A stretch of 61,756 bases of DNA, the filler included. It is 4 parts of 4 records of this genome, joined end to end, with 100 filler letters (N's around TTAATTAATTAA, not from the genome) between each part and the next. Parts side by side here need not be neighbours in the genome. Positions count along the whole stretch, not along the records: positions 1 to 16,820 come from SRR31156797_207; 3 more parts are not named here. One strand, 5' to 3'. The notes under the pieces were generated by a model that ran no database searches, was not told the origin of the DNA, and saw only the letters and a program-made list of their open reading frames with translations. Positions 1-6,682 of the stretch are shown one piece after another. The translations under genes and the position numbers were made by a program. How positions within the stretch are numbered: position 1 is the first letter of the stretch; every line of letters starts with the position of its first letter.

Positions 1-3
1 CTC

Positions 4-30
4 TGGTCCCCGAAGGGCCGCCGGAGGCAT
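4..30 (-). repeat. 27-bp REP-like repeat, copy 1 (may extend beyond window start)
   Basis: TGGTCCCCGAAGGGCCGCCGGAGGCAT matches 10557-10583 at 26/27 nt; both copies lie immediately after the stop of a minus-strand gene. Confidence 0.75.
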
Positions 31-31
31 C

Positions 32-349
32 CTATTCAGACTGCGCTTCGGCTTTGATATCGTGAATTTTTTCCTTGGCTTCTTCGATGCCGCCCTGAAC
101 AGCGGACCATGTTTTTACTGCACCGGAAACAACCGCTTTCTGGACCTTAGGATTGGAGGCCACTAGTGCCACGCCCGCTCCCACGAGGAACCCTTTCAGG
201 TAACGGGAATCTGTGAAATTGACCCAGCTTTTAACTGTGGAAGGTTCGTTAATAGGCTGAACCTGTTGCTGGGAATCAATGCGCTGCTGTTCGGTCAGCT
301 GCGGGTCCTGATAATTATATACGTAGTCGTTGTTGTAATCTTGACTCAT
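32..349 (-). CDS. small Gly-rich membrane-anchored protein (YtxH/FezA-like)
   Basis: GFLVGAG (GxxxG) hydrophobic segment followed by an amphipathic helix ending EEAKEKIHDIKAEA; AGGAG RBS; last gene of the ATPase operon visible in the window. Confidence 0.75.
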   Translation of the reverse strand: MSQDYNNDYVYNYQDPQLTEQQRIDSQQQVQPINEPSTVKSWVNFTDSRYLKGFLVGAGVALVASNPKVQKAVVSGAVKTWSAVQGGIEEAKEKIHDIKAEAQSE

Positions 350-352
350 TTG

Positions 353-1021
353 TTACTCCTTTTCTGCTGCTTCTTTGGCAGCCTGTGCGGCCATGTATTC
401 CTGTTCGGCCTTGAGATCTTCCATTCTTTCCATTTCTTCTGCGGACATTTCTTTCTTGCCGCTTCCAGAAGTGAAGATTGACCTTACGGTCTTGCTGGTG
501 CAGACAAAGGTGATTCCTGCACCTACGAGCAGCCCTTTCCAGAATCCGTCATCAATACCGTTAAAAAAGCTGAGGAAACTTGCCGGATCGGCCTTGCCTT
601 CCGCAGTGTCCTTAACCAGATCAACAAATTGTTTGACCTGCTCCTCGGAGGTGTTGGGGTTAGCAACGGGAGCCTGCTGTACAGGTTGTTGAATGGGCTG
701 CTGAATCGGTTGTTGCAGTGGCTGTTGTATTGGTTGCTGAATCGGCTGCTGGTACATCTGACCGTACACTGGCTGGCCATAGACTGGCTGCCCGTAATAT
801 ACAGGTTGTCCATAAACAGGTTGAGTCGGCTGCTGGTATACTGGCTGTTGATACACGGGCTGCTGTACATTTCCGGCAACCGGGGCGCCTTGATAGGGAT
901 CACCGGGAGTGGTGTAGGAAAAATGGGGCTGACCCTGATCCGGCCCCATCACCGGCTGGGCGGTGTTGGGTTGCTGCGGTGCGGTTTGCTGTGCTTCGGG
1001 GGCGATTGTTTCGGTGGACAT
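353..1021 (-). CDS. YtxH-like membrane protein with long Q/P/Y-rich low-complexity N-terminus
   Basis: QQPVY/GQPVY/QQPI repeats, then FWKGLLVGAG GxxxG helix and charged tail; GAGGAG RBS. Confidence 0.75.
   Translation of the reverse strand: MSTETIAPEAQQTAPQQPNTAQPVMGPDQGQPHFSYTTPGDPYQGAPVAGNVQQPVYQQPVYQQPTQPVYGQPVYYGQPVYGQPVYGQMYQQPIQQPIQQPLQQPIQQPIQQPVQQAPVANPNTSEEQVKQFVDLVKDTAEGKADPASFLSFFNGIDDGFWKGLLVGAGITFVCTSKTVRSIFTSGSGKKEMSAEEMERMEDLKAEQEYMAAQAAKEAAEKE
674..865 (-). repeat. coding tandem repeats (QQPVY, GQPVY, QQPI/L/V)
   Basis: Residues 53-116 of the 222-aa ORF; peptide repeat with synonymously diverged codons. Confidence 0.85.
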
Positions 1022-1051
1022 TTTAATGACTCCTCTAAGTAAACGTCTTTT

Positions 1052-1366
1052 TTAGCAGTTATTCATCAGTCTGCCGTAGAGGTCGCAGACTATTTGTGCT
1101 TTTTTATTTTTGTCAGTGCCCTGAATCAGTTCTTCTACCAGTTCCGGCTGGATCTGGTCGGGATCGTATTCAATCACCACTGAGCGGGCGGACATATTGA
1201 CCCGGGCATCTTTAATGGCTTCAGGAAGTTCGGAATGTTCCTTCATTGCTGCCAGCGCCACAGGTTTGGTTAAAATAAGCGGGCTGAATTTTACTCTGAT
1301 GCGGCCCGGGATGTGGTGAGCCACATCAAGATATTTTTCCAGCTCAACTATCTTTTGAAAGTTCAT
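1052..1366 (-). CDS. HMA2-like heavy-metal-associated domain protein (fez accessory-like)
   Basis: HHIPGRIRVKF and RSVVIEYD motifs, similar to the N-terminal domain of the upstream ATPase; likely ATG at 1366 overlapping the ATPase end. Confidence 0.8.
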   Translation of the reverse strand: MNFQKIVELEKYLDVAHHIPGRIRVKFSPLILTKPVALAAMKEHSELPEAIKDARVNMSARSVVIEYDPDQIQPELVEELIQGTDKNKKAQIVCDLYGRLMNNC

Positions 1367-3551
1367 ATATTTTACCTTGCTTGGATTTGATTGCTTCAGG
1401 AGAATGCAGGAGCAGCCTTGACGAGTTGGCAATGACTCCCATGGTATGCAGAATGTGTAGGAACCCGGCCATGATCGGGGAAAGAATCCCTGTGGCCCCC
1501 ATAATGACTCCCACTATATTTGAACCTGTTGCCAGCCAGAAGTTCTGGTAGGCGATTTTCACAGTGTCCTGACTTAGTTGTTGGACGTATATGAGTCCCT
1601 TGAGGTCATCATCGACCAGTGCGATATCTGCCGCTTCAACAGCTACTTCAGCGCCTCCGGTTCCCATGGCAACGCCGACGTCAGCTTGTGCAAGGGCCAG
1701 GGCATCGTTGATACCGTCACCGACCATCATGATTTTGCCCCCTTTGTTTTGCAGGGTCCGCACAAGGGTTGCTTTTTCTTCAGGCATGGCTGAAGCATGG
1801 ATTTCCGGGATGTTCAAAGTCTGCGCGAGATCGTTGGCTGTTGCGGGTTCATCTCCAGTCACCAGCACCATGCGTTCAACTCCACCAGCACCGAGTCCAT
1901 TGAGGACTGTTGCTGATTCTTCGCGGATGGTGTTGGCAAAAGCCAGCAAACCGATGGGTTCCTTGTCCTTGACCACGTAGAGAACGGTCAGCCCTTTGCT
2001 TTTCAGGCTGGAAACCTGTCTGCTCAAGCTGCCGATGCGCACATCAAATTGCTCAGTAAGCTTTTTGTTACCCACTAAAATTTCCATAGAATGGTTCTCA
2101 TTCTCAGGCAGTTCGGCGCGCATACCCTTGCCTAAGAAATATTCGCAGACAGTGTGGGGCAGCGGAGCAAGTTTTCTCTGTCCAGCTTCGTGTTTGATGG
2201 CTTGGGCCAGCGGATGATGGTTATGGGTTTCCACGGAAAAAGCATAGGTCAGTAGTTCGCTTTCAGTTATGCCTTCGGTTGTATGAATCTGTTCGAGATT
2301 CGGTTCGCTCCCGGTCAGGGTTCCGGTCTTGTCAAAGCAGGCGATATCGCATTTTCCCACTTCTTCAAGGTATCTGCCGCCCTTGATGAGAATATTATTC
2401 TTGGCTGCAGTGCTTATAGCCGCACTGATTGGCGTTGAAGCGGAAAGCACGGTGGCGCAAGGGCAGGCCATGACCAGCAGCACAGTAAATGCGCGCCATG
2501 GATCAAGGGTTAATGCCAATGTTCCTACAGTGCAGACAAAGCCGATTTTGACCAGCCGTACAGAAAGCTTATCCGCTGTGGATTCAATGTCAGTTTTATT
2601 TTCAAGGGAATCTTCCACCTTGTGGAGAATGCGGGCTAGATAGGTCTTGTCGCCCACTTCTTCGGCTTTAACGTAAATAACACCCTCGCGCACAAAAGTT
2701 CCAGCGAAAACCTGATCATCCTGCTGTTTGTGGATGAAGTCGGCCCGCCCGGTGATGGGTGCTTCGTTGATCAGCCCCTGACCGTCTACAATGGTTCCGT
2801 CCACGCAGATTTTTTCCCCGGTATGCAGGACCACAACGTCTCCTTTCCGGAGGTTGCTGATCTCCACTTCAACTTCAACCCCGTCCTTAAGTACAAAGGT
2901 GTGGTGGGTGGTGTTATCCAGAATTCCGGAAATGGCCTGCCGGGAACGTTCGGTTATCCATGCGGTAAGCAGTTCCGCTCCGGCATTGATCCAGAGGATT
3001 TCAAAGGCGGTCATGGCTTCCCCGGCAATTACCGCAGCCACAATCCCGCCAGCTAGAATACCTTCAAGGCCAAACTTCTTTTCACGTAGTTTGCTGACCG
3101 CTTCTTTGACCAGCGGAACCGCCGCCAGAACCGTCAGGAAACCCAGCGGGCTGAGCAGGGTTTGGGCCACTGTAATACCCAGCAGGGACTCGCTTACCAA
3201 CACGGCTCCGCCTACAGCGGAAACAAAAGAAAAATAGCGCAAGGCACCTTTGACCTGCGGACATCCGCACTCGTTTTTGTCTTTGATGGGGCAGACCTTG
3301 GTTGTGTGTACAGCTATGATTTCCCGGAGAGTTTCAAAAACATGCTCAGGGGTTATGAATTCCGGGCTGTAGCGGATTACCAGTGTCGCACACTTGTTGT
3401 TCGTTCGGGTGCGGGTGATTCCGGCAACTTTTTCAAGATTTCGTTCAACGGAGCTGCAAAGTATTTTGTCTTTCTTTAGATCCGGTACCTTGAATCTGAT
3501 TCTGCCCGGGATTGAGTGCTTTATGCTTGCGTATGTTTTTTCTGTTCTCAC
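1344..3551 (-). CDS. heavy-metal P1B-type ATPase, ferrosome FezB/FezH-like
   Basis: HSIPGRIRF N-domain, ACPC in TM4, DKTGT phosphorylation site, HP, TGD, GDGIND, HILHT in last TM; actuator motif reads TGR. Confidence 0.92.
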   Translation of the reverse strand: MRTEKTYASIKHSIPGRIRFKVPDLKKDKILCSSVERNLEKVAGITRTRTNNKCATLVIRYSPEFITPEHVFETLREIIAVHTTKVCPIKDKNECGCPQVKGALRYFSFVSAVGGAVLVSESLLGITVAQTLLSPLGFLTVLAAVPLVKEAVSKLREKKFGLEGILAGGIVAAVIAGEAMTAFEILWINAGAELLTAWITERSRQAISGILDNTTHHTFVLKDGVEVEVEISNLRKGDVVVLHTGEKICVDGTIVDGQGLINEAPITGRADFIHKQQDDQVFAGTFVREGVIYVKAEEVGDKTYLARILHKVEDSLENKTDIESTADKLSVRLVKIGFVCTVGTLALTLDPWRAFTVLLVMACPCATVLSASTPISAAISTAAKNNILIKGGRYLEEVGKCDIACFDKTGTLTGSEPNLEQIHTTEGITESELLTYAFSVETHNHHPLAQAIKHEAGQRKLAPLPHTVCEYFLGKGMRAELPENENHSMEILVGNKKLTEQFDVRIGSLSRQVSSLKSKGLTVLYVVKDKEPIGLLAFANTIREESATVLNGLGAGGVERMVLVTGDEPATANDLAQTLNIPEIHASAMPEEKATLVRTLQNKGGKIMMVGDGINDALALAQADVGVAMGTGGAEVAVEAADIALVDDDLKGLIYVQQLSQDTVKIAYQNFWLATGSNIVGVIMGATGILSPIMAGFLHILHTMGVIANSSRLLLHSPEAIKSKQGKIYELSKDS

Positions 3552-3598
3552 GTGAAGGTCCTGTGGTTACTGGATTATCAGACGGACATTCTGTGAAA

Positions 3599-3615
3599 TT
3601 GAAATTGAATATCAA
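3599..3615. promoter_or_regulatory. putative Fur box upstream of the ATPase operon
   Basis: TTGAAATTGAATATCAA: imperfect palindrome TTGA-N9-TCAA, ~50 nt upstream of the GTG start. Confidence 0.6.
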
Positions 3616-3749
3616 CTCCACAAAAAAGGGAGATACAAATGTGTATCCCCTTTGTCAACGAAAACTTATTATTTTGCCGATTGGATCTAAAAGTAACAGC
3701 ACTGTATTTGAGTGAGGGCTGTTATATGTGGAAGAGGTGTAAAGCCTTG

Positions 3750-4091
3750 CTAGCCTGCTTCTTCGATGGGGCTTGGCTGTTTATCAAGGGCATTGGGTAT
3801 GGCCTTATCCCAGAGCATCTTGGCACCTGTTGCAACTATGGTGAAGCCCAGCAATCCGGCCAAACCGCCTAGTCCCAGGATTCCAGTAGCCGCTACTCCT
3901 GCAGCAGTGGCAAGTCCGGTTCCGGCTGATTCTGTGGCAACTGTTTTGGCGGCATCGCAACTGTCCATTTTGCCTTCTTTAACGGCAATAGTGGAGCGCA
4001 CTGCAGCTACAGTCCCGCCAACAAGGGCGCCGGTTGCTGCGGCGGAAGCAGTGATTACTGGAAGGATTTTTATTGTTGTAGGTGTTGTCAT
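3750..4091 (-). CDS. Gly/Ala-rich small membrane protein (MamC-like family, fez-cluster type)
   Basis: GALVGG and GLATAAG...GLGGLAGLLG GxxxG tracts; AGGAG RBS; directly upstream of the ATPase. Confidence 0.75.
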   Translation of the reverse strand: MTTPTTIKILPVITASAAATGALVGGTVAAVRSTIAVKEGKMDSCDAAKTVATESAGTGLATAAGVAATGILGLGGLAGLLGFTIVATGAKMLWDKAIPNALDKQPSPIEEAG

Positions 4092-4232
4092 TTCATACTC
4101 CTGTATTTTAGACGGTTGATCGTCAGTGGGTTTCAGTGGTGGAATAATAATTAGTCCTCTTAATTATTTTATAAAGCTACACTATTGAGTTTCAATTGCA
4201 GAAATTCATTAATGTGAGTGAGTGCTTATGGC

Positions 4233-4266
4233 TTGACAGTGGTTATCACTTGAGAATAGTCATCAG
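4233..4266. promoter_or_regulatory. tandem putative Fur boxes overlapping a TTGACA -35 upstream of fur
   Basis: TTGACAGTGGTTATCAC (4233-4249) and TTGAGAATAGTCATCAG (4250-4266), both TGA-N9-TCA. Confidence 0.5.
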
Positions 4267-4299
4267 TGTCATTTTCAAAAAACTACAATGGAGGATAGG

Positions 4300-4731
4300 A
4301 TGTCAAGCCCTCAAACCCAGTTTTTGGAGTATCTTTCCAAGAACAAAATGGCTGCTACTGAACAGCGGCGCATTGTTTTGGAAGTCTTTCTCGGAATTCA
4401 AGGTCACCATTCATGTGAGGAGCTCTATACACATGTCAGTAAGCGAGATGCTTCCATCAGTCCGGCAACTGTTTACCGCACTATCAAGCTTCTTGCTGAG
4501 AGCGGCATTGCAGAAGCGTTGGATTTTGGTGATGGAATAACTCGTTTCGAGTGCCGTCATAACAGGGAGCACCATGACCATTTGGTTTGTATTCGTTGCA
4601 ACCGCAGGACTGAAGTCATGGAAGACCGTATTGAAGAGTTGCAGGAGAAATTGGCAGATAAACACGATTTTGCTGTGAACAGGCACAAAATGATTCTTTA
4701 TGGAATTTGCCCTGACTGCAGAAAGCAATAG
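4300..4731 (+). CDS. fur: Fur family transcriptional regulator
   Basis: ISPATVYRT helix, HHDHLVCIRC and GICPDC metal motifs; GGAGG RBS before ATG 4300. Confidence 0.93.
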   Translation: MSSPQTQFLEYLSKNKMAATEQRRIVLEVFLGIQGHHSCEELYTHVSKRDASISPATVYRTIKLLAESGIAEALDFGDGITRFECRHNREHHDHLVCIRCNRRTEVMEDRIEELQEKLADKHDFAVNRHKMILYGICPDCRKQ

Positions 4732-4738
4732 CTATTTA

Positions 4739-4755
4739 TTGCAAGTAATTCTCAT
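4739..4755. promoter_or_regulatory. putative Fur box upstream of the small FezA-like gene
   Basis: TTGCAAGTAATTCTCAT (reverse complement ATGAGAATTACTTGCAA). Confidence 0.45.
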
Positions 4756-4837
4756 TCGCACTGCTTTCTCTTGATGTGCTCTTAGCATAGTCAGCTTATA
4801 AATTACTTTGTTCTAGGTATTTAGAAGGAGAATAAAA

Positions 4838-5059
4838 ATGAGTCTCAATCTCGGAAAATTGTTGCTTGTCTCTACTGCTGCGACAGCGGTAGGTGTAGCT
4901 GCTTATGTTATTTACAAATCCGGCGGTGTTAAACCTGCTGTTACTAAGGTTGTGAAGGGTGGCGTGAAAGCCGGCAACTGGGCTTCACAAAAGTACGGTT
5001 CCACCAAAGATGAAGTTGCCCGTCTGGTTGATGAAGCAAAAGCAGATATGGCCGGATAG
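4838..5059 (+). CDS. small membrane-anchored protein, FezA/DUF1490-like
   Basis: Hydrophobic N-terminal helix (AVGVAAY) plus amphipathic helix ending LVDEAKAD; same architecture as 32..349; AAGGAG RBS. Confidence 0.7.
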   Translation: MSLNLGKLLLVSTAATAVGVAAYVIYKSGGVKPAVTKVVKGGVKAGNWASQKYGSTKDEVARLVDEAKADMAG

Positions 5060-5090
5060 TTTTTTAGTATAAATTAAGGTATATTCATTG

Positions 5091-6080
5091 TTACGTACTC
5101 CGTGATATTTCCTTGTGCCGGGCTGGGCTGACTACCTTGTCCCGTCCGGTGTTTTTCGCAAAGTACAGAGCCTTATCCGCAGAAGCTATCAGTTTCTCTG
5201 CTTCGCTTTCCGGATCAATAGCTTGGTAGCAGAGTTTGGATATACCAATGCTTAAACTTGCCTTACCAACTTTAATCTGTGCAAACCGGTCTCGGATGCG
5301 TTCAGCGATCTGTTCGCAGCGGGTTGAGTCCACGCCGACAAGGATCGCTCCGAATTCATCTCCGCCGAAGCGGAAAGGAAAATCTGTACCGCCCCTTACG
5401 GAAGAGTTGATGATCTGGCCCAGTTCCGCAAGGATTCTGTCTCCCTCCTGATGCCCGTATATATCGTTGACCTCTTTGAAATGGTCGCAGTCGATGAGCA
5501 TGAGGTGGAGCTGGGTTTTGCAGGAAATGCATCTGGAGCATGCTTCAACCAGTTTCAGCTCGAAAAAACGTTTATTGAACAATCCGGTAAGGTGGTCGGT
5601 GTAGGAAAGCAGGTTGAGTCTTTCCTTGTCCCGCTGTGTTTTGACCAGTGACTCAGTTAGCTTGGATTCCCGCTTGGCTACGGAATGGGCCAGCCAGTTC
5701 AGATTGTGTTGCAACATGCACAGTTCGTCAGAGGCGTCTCCTGTTTTGTTGGAATATAGCTCCAGGCGCTGATCCAGTTTGCCTTGTTTGAGTTTGACGC
5801 AGAAACGGTTCATTTTTCGGACTTCCATGTTGACCATCCAGTCTTCAAGCCATTTTGCGATGGGCATGCACAAGGCTACGCACAGGCTGAAGTGCAGGCA
5901 GATATACATGGCCAGAGAATTGCTGTCCGCCAGTTCGGTTACAGCCAGCATGGCTCCGGCAGGCAGGATCAGGATTAAAAGTACAGCTATGAATGATTTG
6001 GCTTTGAGTTTGTTCCGGCTATTGGGTCTGCGGTTTAGAACGTATGAGTTTTTGAATTTATCTTTAATGAAAGTAAACAA
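5091..6080 (-). CDS. membrane-bound GGDEF diguanylate cyclase
   Basis: Two TM helices, HAMP-like coil, TDHLTGLFN, DCDHFKEVND, RFGGDEF, ADKALYFAK. Confidence 0.92.
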   Translation of the reverse strand: MFTFIKDKFKNSYVLNRRPNSRNKLKAKSFIAVLLILILPAGAMLAVTELADSNSLAMYICLHFSLCVALCMPIAKWLEDWMVNMEVRKMNRFCVKLKQGKLDQRLELYSNKTGDASDELCMLQHNLNWLAHSVAKRESKLTESLVKTQRDKERLNLLSYTDHLTGLFNKRFFELKLVEACSRCISCKTQLHLMLIDCDHFKEVNDIYGHQEGDRILAELGQIINSSVRGGTDFPFRFGGDEFGAILVGVDSTRCEQIAERIRDRFAQIKVGKASLSIGISKLCYQAIDPESEAEKLIASADKALYFAKNTGRDKVVSPARHKEISRST

Positions 6081-6187
6081 TGGTTTTCCTCCCCGGCAAG
6101 ATGGCTTTAGGCATGTTCATTTTCTCTAAATGTAGGTAGAATGTGCCCGGACAGCTTTGCCGTTTACCCGTAGTCATCTGTTCGTTA

Positions 6188-6314
6188 ATGAAAACGAATG
6201 TCAATATCAAGCAAAATGAGAATGAAAATGCGTTAGTTTCATAATCGGAATGGCGGCGTTTTTTCTTATTGACAATAGAAATTTGGATCTATAGTAATTG
6301 ATTTCGAAATTCAT
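6188..6314. promoter_or_regulatory. divergent GGDEF/feoA promoter region with putative Fur boxes
   Basis: ATGAAAACGAATGTCAA (6188-6204), TTGACA (6269-6274), TTGATTTCGAAATTCAT (6298-6314). Confidence 0.5.
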
Positions 6315-6349
6315 TCGCAAAATCGAGTGCAAACAAAGAGGCTATAGTT

Positions 6350-6682
6350 ATGTTGAACAAGTTTGATTTCTTTAACCGGGAACCTGCTTCCACACGGAAG
6401 AGGCATCGCGGTGCTGGCGGAAGAAGACAGGGGAAGCCTTGCCACATGCATGTCAAAAGCCTTCTGGACATCCCTATTGGAGGGAAAGCCGTTATTCGTG
6501 GGCATTCTTCCGGTGGTGCGGTGAGGCAGAGGTTACTTGATTTGGGTTTCGTTCCCGGCAGGGAGATCGAAGTGGTCCGCGTGGCAACACTGGGCTGCCC
6601 TCTTGAATTACGTGTAGCAGGTTATTGTGTAACCCTGCGTCGCACAGAGGCTTATCAGATTGAGGTGGAAGATGAACGCTGA
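6350..6682 (+). CDS. feoA: ferrous iron transport protein A
   Basis: RQRLLDLGFVPG...VVRVATLGCPLELRV...LRRTEA FeoA signature; overlaps the feoB start. Confidence 0.92.
   Translation: MLNKFDFFNREPASTRKRHRGAGGRRQGKPCHMHVKSLLDIPIGGKAVIRGHSSGGAVRQRLLDLGFVPGREIEVVRVATLGCPLELRVAGYCVTLRRTEAYQIEVEDER

Noticed and set aside
1367-1432. N-terminal extension of the 126-aa ORF 1052..1432
   Set aside because: It lies deep inside the ATPase gene; ATG 1366 has an RBS-like AAGG and starts the recognisable domain.
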